The notes below the pieces were generated by a model that was not told the DNA's origin, searched no databases, and was given only the letters and a program-made list of their open reading frames with translations. This document shows positions 11,327 to 22,649 of a DNA stretch of 63,772 bases, piece by piece. Where the stretch lies: positions 211,547 through 275,318 of the forward strand of contig NW_008246127.1 of assembly GCF_000281045.1 (NCBI RefSeq), written 5' to 3'. A program made the position numbers and the translations under genes. Numbering within the stretch: the stretch's first letter is position 1; the number at the start of each line of letters is the position of its first letter. Origin of the DNA: Saprolegnia diclina VS20. Its lineage: Eukaryota.

Positions 11327-12691
11327 CAAGCTCGTCGTCATCCTCGCTCGGCGCAAGCAATATTGAACCACCAAGTGAAACAGCGGAATGCTGTGCTGCA
11401 GTGGGACAGAGGTTGGAACGGGGCGTTATAACGTGTGTCAATATATGTATTGTCACAGGGAAAGCCACCACGCAAATTCACAATATTGAATATTATATGC
11501 TGCAGGGTATGTATTGTGGAAGGTTCCAATTCCGATGCTCGCATGGTGCGATTTGATTGGTTGGAAAGAAGAAATGACGGCCACGATGTAATAAGATTAG
11601 ACTTGGTGTTTGTATACCGACGTGGCCAGCTGGGACCTGCGACACGGCGCCGAATCATCGTGTTTCTGGATATAAAGCTACACATTTAAAATCACATTGT
11701 TTTTTGTTACCTTTATATTTGTATGCATATCATCGAAAACGAAATAAAACGTCAGCACGCGCTGGAGACTGGGCATTTTTGGGCGCGAAATTTTCAGCGC
11801 GCACGCAACGTGATTGGCTGTTGCTCCATCAACTAAACGACCGACTAATCAAGGCAAAACGGTTTGTCCCATCAGAAAATGCCCACCCATCGATTTCGTC
11901 ACGACCACGAGGCCGCATTCGGCTCTGTCTCCTAGGACTTTGGACTGGCTTTGCATTCGAGAACGGTACATATCCAGGATCGTTTACAAAGAGGTACTAC
12001 TCCATCCAGCGCTGCGTGAGGGTGCGAATTGCTTCAGAAAAGCACCGGCCAAGGATAATGGAGCTGAAACGGGCTCCGCGAAGACTTGTGGCGAGCGATG
12101 GCACCAACGTAGTGAGCCGGTCCTTGCAATAACCACACCACCTCTGATCAACTACGCTAGATGTATGTAAGTACTACCATGGATAGATAAACCCCTCTTG
12201 CTCGCTTGATGAACGTTGTGCAAAGACGGCTCGTGCAACGTCAAGGGGTAGGGCCATGGCGCTGCCACTTGGCTCTCGATGGTGGTAATCGCGCGTGAGT
12301 CGCAAGATGGAATTTTGTCGGCCAAAGATCGACACCGTTCGATTAGTGTATCGCCTTGGATGGTGCGATCTCGATTGGTCGCCGTACGCAGGATCCAGCG
12401 CTCGTTTTGCGTTTGCAGCGTGCGGTAACGCGGCAGCGCCCGGCACCACATTTTTCGAGGACACGACCGACGCAGCTCGTGTCCACTCGTTCAAATATTG
12501 GCCGCTGTGATAGCGCAAGCGCCGAGTACCCGCGGCACTGGCGCTCGTCTGGCGCGCCGGGCCTTGGCCACCGTTCTTCCCACAGTTCTTGGGACAAAGT
12601 CCAGCGTGATTTAGTTAGTCGGTATGGAGTCTACTCGAACGGCTGTCGTGGACGTGCACCATTTCCGAGGACGTTGGTCACAATCAGAGCG

Positions 12692-13834
12692 ATGGTCATC
12701 AGCGATGTCGGTGGCGTCGGCCGCGGCGGCGTGCACATGGTCTTCAGCACGAGCTGCTTGCAGCCGCACCGCTTCTTGCTCTCGTCGTCGCTGCAGCTGT
12801 CGGCAGCTCGCGTTGGCCACGACGGTGCGCTCTCCGAGGCCATTGCCGGGTGCTCGCTGGCGCAGCAAGCGGCCATCGAGGCCGAGCCGACCTTCTTTGC
12901 CCACTACACCCGCGTCTTTACCCGCGCGTTCTCGCCCCACCCACAACCCGATGTCACCGACGAGTACGACCCTTACAACAAGCCGTTCGCGCTGCGAGCC
13001 TTTCTACAGACGCTGCCGCCAACCATTGCCACAGTCATTGCGCTCGTCGACGCCGACTATGTGTTGCTGCGTCCATGGAGCGACGTGCACAAGGTCGTCG
13101 ACGGCCACGCTCTTGCGCAGGACTGGAGCGTCTACTTGGACGATGCGCCACGCACGGCGCTCCGGCAACGCCTCTGTCGCAGCCAGGCGTGCAAGCAAAC
13201 GGTGCAGCAGCCCCCGTTCGTGGGCCTTGGCCCGCCCTACCTCTTTACACTCTCTGATGGCTTGCGCTTCGTCGACGACTATTGCGAGCTGGTGGTGCGT
13301 GGCCGGGCACTGGAGAAGCACGACTGGATGCTCGAGATGGTAGCTTATGAAGTCGCAGTCGCCAACGCAAATGTGCACCACGAGAAGCGCCAGGACCTTG
13401 GCGTGACCGACCCGCACCTGCCGCTAACGTCCGAGCACTGGGCCTTTCTAAGCGATTCAGAGGAAGATCCATGCATCGACCCGATCGAGATTGCATGGCC
13501 AAAGGCGCCGCCGACGGGGCTGCACTATTGCCAAGTGTATGGCCCTCAGCCAGCGTTTTATAAGTACGATGTGCCCGAAGACATTGTCGAGTGCAACAGC
13601 ATGTTCCTCGCGCTGCCAGCGACGACGACGCCAGCGACGACGACGCCAGCGCACGACCGTGTCGCCCGCCATGAGAACTGGGTCGCCTGCAGCCTGCTCA
13701 AGTGGATCAACTACGCGCTGCTTCAAATCAAGACGCGCACGTGTCGACGCGGCTTCAACACCTTTCGCGGTCTCATTCTTACCAACATGACGGGCGACGG
13801 GACCGCATACCCCCAGCGGTCCACCCAAGAGTGA
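12692..13834 (+). CDS. SGT1/SERGT1 (GT96)-like glycosyltransferase, copy 1; 5' end uncertain
   Basis: VHMVFSTSC, HPQPDVTDEYDPYNKPFAL, ALVDADYVLLRP (DxD), WMLEMVAY and LHYCQ match the motif order of plant peptidyl-serine alpha-galactosyltransferase. The frame is open back to 12356 but no signal anchor is visible. Confidence 0.7.
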   Translation: MVISDVGGVGRGGVHMVFSTSCLQPHRFLLSSSLQLSAARVGHDGALSEAIAGCSLAQQAAIEAEPTFFAHYTRVFTRAFSPHPQPDVTDEYDPYNKPFALRAFLQTLPPTIATVIALVDADYVLLRPWSDVHKVVDGHALAQDWSVYLDDAPRTALRQRLCRSQACKQTVQQPPFVGLGPPYLFTLSDGLRFVDDYCELVVRGRALEKHDWMLEMVAYEVAVANANVHHEKRQDLGVTDPHLPLTSEHWAFLSDSEEDPCIDPIEIAWPKAPPTGLHYCQVYGPQPAFYKYDVPEDIVECNSMFLALPATTTPATTTPAHDRVARHENWVACSLLKWINYALLQIKTRTCRRGFNTFRGLILTNMTGDGTAYPQRSTQE

Positions 13835-14333
13835 CTTTGCTTGAATAGACTAAGTATAGCACTTGTACATTGTTTAGTAATCTAGTCGTCGATCTTTTGG
13901 CTAAAATACACACTGGATGCAGCACTGGATGGAGGACTCAAGCAGGTCAAACGGTGCGAGTTATTCTTGTTTGTTATTATGCAGGCAGATGAAAACTGCA
14001 GCGTCGTGCACCCTACGCTTTATGCTCACGACACTGTGAACGACTCGACGAGTCTCGATGTAGCGACAAATTACGTTACCAAAGGAATGCTTTCGTAGTT
14101 GCAAGCCCTCCTAGCGCTACCAATATGCGCGCGTCCACGTGCGCAAGTAGCGCGCTCGGGCAGCTTGCACGTGCGGGGTGATTTGGCGCGAAGAGTTGTC
14201 CTTGCTACGGATGCCAATCTGCGCCATAGACGATGACCGTTCGGGACAGAAGATCGTCAAGCGGCCATTTTGTATTCGGTACTATTTCCGGTTACTACTT
14301 CCGGATACGACGACCCTATACAAACGCAAAAGC

Positions 14334-15707
14334 ATGGCAATCGCAGCGCGCCGGCCGCCGGTCTGGGCCGCGGCCACCGCGTGCTTCGTCCTCGCGTCGA
14401 CCTTTCTCGCGCTCACGTACGAGTCGTCGGTTGTGGTCCATGCGCCGGCCGCGTACCTGCATTCGGCGCCCCGCAGCGGCAGCGTGCACATTCTCTTCAG
14501 CACGAGCTGCGACCAAGGCCATCGCCGGCTCCTCTCGAGCACGTTCCAGCACTCGGCGACGCGCGTGCACCATCGCGGCCCGATGACAGAGATCATCTCA
14601 GGTTGCTCGCCGGCGCAAGAGACGGCGATCAAGCACGAGCCGGTGTTGTACTACGACTACCACCGGCACTTTGCGCCCTCGTTCAGTCCGCACCCGGTGC
14701 CCAACGTCACGGACGACTACTCGCCATACAACAAGCCATTTGGCCTGCGCCACTATTTCCAGCACGCGCGATCGCCTGCGAGCCTTCGCGGCGACTTGCC
14801 GTTCGCACTGTTTGACGCCGACTTTGTCTTGCTCGCGCCGCTGCACGTCAACACGGGCGCTGATCTCTCGGCGCACTATGTGGGCCAGCGTACAGGTCCC
14901 GTCTACGACACTGTGCGCGACGGCGTCGCGATCGCGCACGACTGGGGCAACTACATGGGCGCGGCTTGGTTCCGTGACGCGCTGCATGGCACACAAGCAG
15001 AGTTCTGCGCCGGACTGCCCTGCGCCAGCGTGAGCGAGGCCGACGGGCTCGAGTTCTATGGCCGCGCCGGCCCTCCGTACATTATGACCAAGTCGGACGG
15101 CGAGCGCTTCGTCAACGACTATTGCGACTTTGTCGTTCGGGCGAGAAAGAAATTTCCAGACCAGTGGATGGTCGAGATGTACGCGTACTCGCTCGCGGCC
15201 GGCAACCACGGTATCAAGCACACGATTGTGAACCATTTGGGCGGCAACTGGCCCGGTGGCGAGCCCTTGGAAGCATGGGACTTTGCGCCAGCGAGTATTG
15301 CCAACCCGTGCGACGACGGCGACGTCGTGCTCCCACCGACGGCGCCGACCGCGTTGCACTACTGCCAGCGCTTTGGCTTGCTCGAAGACCAAGACAAGGG
15401 CTTTCATTTTTACAAGTACTCGATGCCAAAAGACTTGATGGAGTGCAATGCGATGCTCCTCGCGCTGCCGCCACCGAGTCAGTGGTCCGACGTCAACCGC
15501 ACGTACAGCGACGAAGGCAAGCGGCGCGTCAAGCGCCATGAGGTCTGGGCCGCGTGCTCGCTCGCCAAGATCATGAACGAGGCGCTTGTGCATGCCAAGG
15601 CGAAGGGCTGTCTCCACGGCTTCAACGCGTACCAGGGCCTGCCCCTGAACGAGTCGCCCGCCCGCGATAGCGCGTACCCGCGCAAAGCGACGCCGACCAA
15701 AAACTAG
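14334..15707 (+). CDS. SGT1/SERGT1 (GT96)-like glycosyltransferase, copy 2, type II membrane protein
   Basis: N-terminal anchor VWAAATACFVLASTFLAL; VHILFSTSC, HPVPNVTDDYSPYNKPFGL, FDADFVLL, WMVEMYAYS, LHYCQ. Intronless. Confidence 0.75.
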   Translation: MAIAARRPPVWAAATACFVLASTFLALTYESSVVVHAPAAYLHSAPRSGSVHILFSTSCDQGHRRLLSSTFQHSATRVHHRGPMTEIISGCSPAQETAIKHEPVLYYDYHRHFAPSFSPHPVPNVTDDYSPYNKPFGLRHYFQHARSPASLRGDLPFALFDADFVLLAPLHVNTGADLSAHYVGQRTGPVYDTVRDGVAIAHDWGNYMGAAWFRDALHGTQAEFCAGLPCASVSEADGLEFYGRAGPPYIMTKSDGERFVNDYCDFVVRARKKFPDQWMVEMYAYSLAAGNHGIKHTIVNHLGGNWPGGEPLEAWDFAPASIANPCDDGDVVLPPTAPTALHYCQRFGLLEDQDKGFHFYKYSMPKDLMECNAMLLALPPPSQWSDVNRTYSDEGKRRVKRHEVWAACSLAKIMNEALVHAKAKGCLHGFNAYQGLPLNESPARDSAYPRKATPTKN

Positions 15708-16468
15708 TCGTATACCCATCGCACTTTGTTATACTGCTTGTACTACATATATGTCCTACTGAATCGCGATGCGACGACCGAGGCTGTTGCTGCAACTCTG
15801 CACCGTCACGGGCGATGCTTTCAGCAGCTCTTTCAGCCTTTGTCGTCGCGGCCTCGAACTTACGTACGCCGCGGATCTCGCAGACATAGAAGAGCCTGGC
15901 TGCGAGCTACCGGTACGAAGGCGAGCTCCTCGCGCGTCCATTCAAATGCATCACACCAAAGAGCGATCACCCAAACCGCCCACGACACCACGTCGAGCGC
16001 GCCAGGTGGCGCCAGGTCGGACAATCGGGAGCGACAGGGTGTGCTGGCTGCTCTTGTGTGGCGGTGAGGCTGCGCAGGCGTGCTTCAACGTTGGCGCGAA
16101 GTGACCCAACCGTCGCAGAGGCGCGGCCCACTCGCAACGCGCGGCAACGCCGATTCACGCCCAAGATCCATGCGCCGGCGGCCCGATGCAGGTAACGTTG
16201 AACCTGTCGCGGGTGGCGGCCCGGTAGCTGCGCCACGAGTTTGCCTTTTTTTCATTGGATGAAACTGTCCAAGATCGCGATCTCTTGCAATTTGTATACT
16301 ATACAGCATACGAGGTGCCACCACGTGGGTTGAAGTTGGCTCTTCTGGGCCATTCACCAGATGGCGCTTCAACGTGTCACAGGACGGGGCCGATCCTTGG
16401 CAACTTCTTTGTCAGTTTTCCTTTTGCCAGCCCGCGCCCGCAGCAGCAGCAGCTCGATCAATACAAAA

Positions 16469-17737
16469 ATGACCTCGACTCCTCCTCCTCCGAAGCGCGT
16501 CTTCCCCAAGAACGCCCGGTACCCCGACGAGTTCTTGCAGAAGATCCCCAAGACGGACCTCCATTGCCACTTGGACGGCTGCATCCGCCCCGCGACGCTC
16601 ATCGAGCTCGCGCAAGAGCAAGGCGTCGAGCTCCCGACGTACGACCTCCAGCAAATGAGCACGTGCATCTTCAAGGAGACGTACAACAACCTCGAAGAGT
16701 ACCTGCGCTGCTTCGCCTACACGTGCGCCGTCATCCGCAACCCGGAGGCGCTCGAGCGCGTCTCGTACGAGCTCGGTGTCGACCAGTACGCCGTCGGTGT
16801 CCGGTACTTTGAGGCCCGCTTTGCGCCGCAGCTTCTCGCTGACGCAAACACCATGTCGATCGAGCAGGTGCTCATTCACGTCAACAACGGTCTCCAGCGC
16901 GCCACGGACAAAGCCAACGCGCACGAGGACGTGGTCTCGGGCAAGGCGCCGCGCTTCGGCTTTGGCATCATTGTCTGCGCGATGCGCTTCTTCCTCCCCG
17001 TCTTTGGCCCGTACTACGAGCACTTTTGCTTTGTCCACAAGCACGAAGAGCCCCACCGTCTGTATGGCCTTGCGTCGATGGCGCTCATCACGCAGGCGTA
17101 TGCGGCCAAGGTCGAGCACAACCTCCCGATCGTCGCCCTGGACATTGCGGGCGCTGAGAACGGCTTCCCGGCCTCGGACCACATTGAGGCGTTTGCATAC
17201 GCGCACAAGAAGTTCATGCACAAGACCGTCCACGCCGGCGAGGGCTTTGGCCCCGAGTCCATCTTCCAAGCGATCACGGACCTCCACGCCGAGCGCATCG
17301 GCCACGGCTACCACCTCTTCCATCCTCACGAGATCCGGAAGGACATGTCGGACGAGGACAAGCAGGCGTACTGCGACGGCCTTGTCAACTACATGGGCAA
17401 CATGCGCACGTGCGTCGAAGTGTGCTTGAGCTCCAACCTGCAGACCGTGCCCGCGATCGAGAACGACTGCGCGCGCCACCCCGCGACCAAGTTTATCAAC
17501 GGCAAGCTCGCGGTGACGCTCTGCACGGACAACTGCACGGTCTCGCACACCGATATGGTCCGCGAAGTCCGCCTCGCGGTCGATGCGCTCGACCTCTCGC
17601 CGGCCGAGCTCCGCCGCGTCATTCTCACGGGCTTCAAGCGCTCGTTCATGCCGGGCGACTACACCGAGAAGCGCAAGTACGTCCGCGACATCATCAACTA
17701 CTACGACGAACTCGTCAAGGAGTACAACATCGAGTAA
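16469..17737 (+). CDS. ADA: Adenosine deaminase family protein
   Basis: [48 protein letters not shown]. Intronless with strong codon bias. Confidence 0.92.
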   Translation: MTSTPPPPKRVFPKNARYPDEFLQKIPKTDLHCHLDGCIRPATLIELAQEQGVELPTYDLQQMSTCIFKETYNNLEEYLRCFAYTCAVIRNPEALERVSYELGVDQYAVGVRYFEARFAPQLLADANTMSIEQVLIHVNNGLQRATDKANAHEDVVSGKAPRFGFGIIVCAMRFFLPVFGPYYEHFCFVHKHEEPHRLYGLASMALITQAYAAKVEHNLPIVALDIAGAENGFPASDHIEAFAYAHKKFMHKTVHAGEGFGPESIFQAITDLHAERIGHGYHLFHPHEIRKDMSDEDKQAYCDGLVNYMGNMRTCVEVCLSSNLQTVPAIENDCARHPATKFINGKLAVTLCTDNCTVSHTDMVREVRLAVDALDLSPAELRRVILTGFKRSFMPGDYTEKRKYVRDIINYYDELVKEYNIE

Positions 17738-18978
17738 ACGCTGTAAGACAGAATTTGAGTTGAGTTTCCAGTGGAAAAGACAGTATACAGGGTCTCTGGC
17801 CGCGTTCATGGGCGGTCTGGAAGCCTTCGTTAACGTCGTCGCGTGCAAAGACTACGCCCCGTATGATACGTAGGACACTAGAAGAAGGAAGAGATGAACT
17901 ATGGCGATCAAGACAGGGGGACAGCTTGGTTGGCTGCTGCAGCCACCGGAAGTACATGGACTTGCCCGCGGAAGCTCGTACTTCGCCCGCTTGTCCTCGT
18001 CGAGAAACATCGCTCCAAAGATTGGGATGCCGACGATGCCTTCATCTGATTGGCTCATGTTCCAACCAATCAGGTGGGCCTAATTGCGATCTGCATTGGA
18101 GATTTTCAAACTCGTACAATTGTACCAACCAATCGAGGAACGCCATCGCGTTGGGCGCCCACCCTCACATACGCTGTTTCCCACGCACTGCATGCAATCC
18201 GCTGCTTTATTCTGTCGCAGTGACCAGTTGCTAAATCCACCCAACCACAAGCCCGTCTGAGATAGGATCGATGGCACTCGGATCCAAAGAACGGACTCGG
18301 TCTTCTCCTAGGCGCTCTCGATGGGACTTGCGCAAGCGTCATTTACGTCGTGCACATCGGTTGCAGCAGAACGCGTGGCATCAGCCATAGAGGCTCCCAT
18401 CCTCTTGCCACGTCATATGAGAATGGGGGTCTGTCGTCATCCAGGGACATGGCCCGTCTTGAGCCCTCTTCACTTTCCCGCGAGATGAATCGAGTCGGCT
18501 CGAGGGGCCATGCAACTTCCTACAATCATACTTGAAATGATCCTACTTCCTAGTTGGTTCCCTCGCCACTTGCAACATGCTCAGTGTATGGATGAGTTTT
18601 TCATGACGTATAAGCTATCGAAGTTGTGGAGCTGTTCTGACTCAGAAGTTGCGTTGCAAGCGATGTAGGTTCTTGGCATCCGGGAACCATAAGAGTGCAC
18701 TGGTTGTTTATGTTGTGTGCATGTACAAGTACCAGCACGATTCAACTTGAAGTAGAACGACGGGGCTGGACGAGTGCCCGCGATTTGGTGCAGCGAGCTC
18801 GCCACGTCATAGGCTCGACACTGGTCCAGATCACATGACGATTCATGGGTGGACCACAAGTTCGTTCCGCCCAGATAGGAGTGAGGAACTGTAGCATTCG
18901 CCATCGTTGCCAGCTGTAGCTGTGTTGTGCACCTTGTACGCAACAAAGTGCACAAAAACAAACTTTTAAATTCAAACA

Positions 18979-20217
18979 TTACAGCGAGAACTTAACGTCC
19001 ATGCACAAGGGCCGACCAGTCGAGAGCTGCGGGACCTGCTAGTACTTGTTCAGCATAAACTCACGGAGCGCGCGAAGGAGCTCCGTGTACGTGATGTCCA
19101 TCGAGTGCTCCTTCAACGCCGAGATGAACGCGTATGTCATGGCGCCGGTGGGTTCGCCGTCAATGACCGCGTCCGCCGACGTCTGCGAGTCCATGCAGCC
19201 TGAGAAGAGGACGACGTCGCCTTTGGTAGTATTATTCTTGATGAACTTGACCGCAACCGGGCCCGACGTCGGCGCGGCGGGCGCCGAGAACGAGCTGTAC
19301 GCGCCCTGGAAGCCACGCTTGGCCGCCTGCGTATCGCCGCGGAGGAAATCAAGGCCGGCGCAGAAGAACTTCTTGACCGCGACGAGGCGATTGTCCTGCT
19401 CGTGGATCTGCAAGTTGCCGTCGATCGTGTACGTGAACGGGAGGTCGAGCGCCGAGCCCGAGTGGCAGCAGTCAAAAATCGCCGTGAGCTTGACACCAGC
19501 GGACAACGGCGCGCAGAGAATGGCGTGCATTTCGTCGTCGGTGATCATACCAGCCGTGGTGTAGTCGACGGGGCAAATGGTCTCGTCCATGCCATCGGCC
19601 TCGTCACCTTCTGTACATGTATGTGAGAACCACCGTTGCAACGCACAAAATGTCAACGTACCCATGTCCTTCACCCGCGAACCGTGGCCGCTAAAGAAGA
19701 AGACGAGCGAGTCGCCGGCCTTGGCGCCCTGCACGAGCCAGCGCATGCCCGAGATGATGTTGGCGCGCGTAGGGTGAGCGTAGCCATTGCCGTCGTCCGT
19801 GAGCTTGCGCATCGTGTTGGTGGGGAAGCCGTACTTTTCAAGGACAAAGTTCGAGAGGTTCTCGACGTCCTTGATGCAGCCTAGATACATCTACGTTAGC
19901 GAACATGAGCCGGATTCGATGGAGTCGTACCGCGGAGCTTCCCCTTGGTGTTGTAGTAGTTGATACCGATAAAGAGCGATTTCTTTGCGTTGTGGTATCC
20001 CTGGTGGTGCTGCGCCTCAATACAAATGAGACTATGTTCATACAGCCACAGCCAAGCCTACCCATGCGTCGGTCGGCGGCGGCGCCGTCGCGTTCTTGGT
20101 GCTGTTGCGAATGTGCTCGTCGATAAGCTGGTTGCCATACTCCTCAAGCTTTTTGAGGTGCTCCGGGTTTTCGTTGATCTGCTTGGTGAGGTTTGAGAGG
20201 CTTGAGAAGAACGACAT
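18979..20217 (-). CDS. Metacaspase (C14), multi-exon, with an in-frame TAG at 19039-19041 (possible pseudogene or sequencing error)
   Basis: KKSLFIGINY, LRG|CIKDV, FFFSGHG (catalytic His), DETICPVD, IFDCCHSGSALDLP (catalytic Cys), FSGCMDSQTSAD, GAMTYAF. After the TAG the frame continues QVPQLSTGRPLCMDVKFSL to TAA at 18979. Confidence 0.88.
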
Positions 20218-20409
20218 GGTAGTTGCTTGACACTTTGCGGATGAGGCGGGAGTAGTTTTCACTTGGTCCCCGTTTTGGCCAAATATTATTATCAAGGTTC
20301 CCATTTCAACATCAATATATTATCAACTGGTCCCCGTGCCAAAATGGGCCGAATCATAGTCATTTCAACAACAGCCATGCATAGCAAAAATGCAATCGAC
20401 CCATGAGCA

Positions 20410-21222
20410 TTAGAATAAAAACATCGAGTCGACAGTGCAGAATGTACCAAAACATGCAGCCTTCGGTCGAGTGGTCCGAGTCCCAGTCGCAGAAGCACTC
20501 TTCGTCGTCATCGACCGGCGCCTCGTACTACGTGAAAGCAAAGCCGCCATCGGCTCTGCTGTTCCACCAGATCGCACCCATGTCGAGTGTGGCCATGTAC
20601 TACGCCGCTTGATGGAAACCACATGGTTCCTGTCGTCGAGCGCGCGCTGCCTTGTCGGCGATGTCGTGTGCCAAGAGGTACGCAAGTACGTCCGCATGAC
20701 CTTCCCGCGCCGCCCAAAACATGCCTCGGTATGTAAAGCGCTCGTGTTGATGCTCGATGAGGAACTGCACAATCGCCAAGGCCAAGTGCCCCGCAGCCGC
20801 TGCCCAATCGATGGCGCGCGTCGTGCAGCCTTCGCCGCGGTACCCGTGGACGGAGCGCGCAACCTCAAAGTGGCCTCGGTGCGCGGCACGGTCCATCCCC
20901 TTGGTCGTCCCGCCTTCGTTGTGCGACGCCGCCAACAACTGGAGAACGTCCATGTGGTTGTTGCGCGATGCCGCATAAACTTGGTGCAGCCCTCGGTTCG
21001 GTGGAGGCACTCAACTACTTTGAAATGGCCATAGCAGGCCGCGCCATTCATTGCCATTGTCGTACAGCCTTCGGTACGGTGCGTGTGCAGGCATGTGACA
21101 ATGTCGAGGTGTCCATCGTACGCGGCAGTGTCCATGCTAAGGGTCGTGCACGGCGCGTGGCACTTTGTATGGAGGCAGCGCACAACGTCAAGACGATCTG
21201 CGCCCGCCGCTCTGTCCATTCA
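20410..21222 (-). pseudogene. Degraded ankyrin-repeat gene fragment (repeat/C-terminal part)
   Basis: Repeats MDTAAYDGHLDIVTCLHTHRTEGCTTMAMNGAACYGHFKVVECLH and GMDRAAHRGHFEV, AIDWAAAAGHL, split across frames. Confidence 0.75.
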
Positions 21223-21224
21223 AC

Positions 21225-21900
21225 GGTACCTTGCAGAACGTCGCGGCGTACGATAAAGTTGCCTCAGAGCTGTGGGTCGACGCCTTTCGCCTCGACTGGC
21301 CTCGCAATGTTGCCGGAAGCCGGCATCCGCGCGCGCTGCTGGCGCTTGATTCGCTCCAAGGACATGACACGCCTTGTACCATGGCAAAGAGAGCCACATT
21401 GGTCTGGATGGGTCTGGATATGCATGTCGACGCCTTTGACGCATATGCGAATGACGTCCCGTACGAGGACGACGCGATTTACATTGCTCAGATCTTGGCG
21501 GCGCCCATGGAGAACGTCTGGCTGGACGAGATCGCGACGCTGCTGCAGCCCCCAAAGGCCCTCGCGACGACGGCGGCTCTCGGCGGCCACACGCGTCTAC
21601 TTCAGTGCGTGAGAAGGGCATCAACCTCGCCGACATGGTCTATCTGCACTGGCCGTCGCCGGCTTTGCGATGGATAAGATCGCGTACAACGGGCACCTCG
21701 AGACGCTCAAGGTGCTTCACGAGGCCGGATCGACCGGGTGCTCGGCCAAGGCCATGGACTACGCCGCGACCAACGGGTTTCTGGATGTCGTGCGCTGGTT
21801 GCATGCGTACCGACTCGAAGGCTGCTCGATCGCGCCATCTATTACAGACACGTCGAGATCGTTGCGTTTCTGCAAGCGCAGTACCCAGCGCTCCGTGTGA
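21225..21900 (+). pseudogene. Degraded ankyrin-repeat gene fragment (N-terminal part)
   Basis: ELWVDAFRLDW, AALGGHTRLL, MDKIAYNGHLETLKVLHEAGSTGCSAKAMDYAATNGFLDVVRWLH; frameshifted. Confidence 0.7.
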
Positions 21901-22649
21901 CGCCGCATGGCCACTGCTGACAGCGAAGGTGAAGATGGTCAGGTAGCGGTCTTTGATCGCGTTCCATGTGGCGAAGGTGGTCTGGATTGCCAGTGTATCA
22001 TCCGGATACATGGCTTGACCCTCTCCGTGACGTGATGTGATTGGTCAACTGGACCGACACAAATTGTCAGATTTCACGGGCTGTAGACGTCCAACGATGA
22101 CGCGACGTGGCGCGTTGGCCTCTCCAACATGCCTTCTTTGTACCTGCCAAATATGAGCGATTTCATTTTCCAGCGCAATGTCGTGGTGGCTCGGCGACAC
22201 ACACACAGATCCAAGCCGAGCCGGATTGGCTAAAAATAGTAGCCTTTTTAGCGAATCAAACCTCACAATGGCCTGGATCGGGTACGTGGCGTCGTTCTGT
22301 GGCAGCATCAAGCGTGCGCTATTGTCTGGCATCAAAATGACGATCATCCGCGACGTTTCCTCGCCGGTCGTTGTACAGTAGTAGGAGCGTGAGGTGCAAT
22401 GTTTGCTGCTATAACTCGTGGTGCTAGAGTCCACAGAAGACGCCTGTCTCTAGATCCAACCAAACGGTGCACACGAGCAGACAATATGTACTCCTTTCTA
22501 CTATCTCATGCTATGACAACTACTCCGAGTCGCTCTCTGGAATCGAATGCAGATCTGGCGACCGCGAGAGGCGGCGCTGGGGCGACGGTGGCGTCGGTGG
22601 CGTCATGGGGCTTCCATCCCCCGACTCAAACTAGACAGAGGATTCAAAT

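Noticed and set aside
13616..13651. 15-nt tandem duplication encoding PATTTPATTTPA
   Set aside because: A trivial in-frame slippage repeat.
16412..17848. 478-aa minus-strand ORF
   Set aside because: Antisense shadow of adenosine deaminase.
18581..18979. 132-aa minus-strand ORF downstream of the metacaspase
   Set aside because: No recognisable motif and it lacks the host codon bias.
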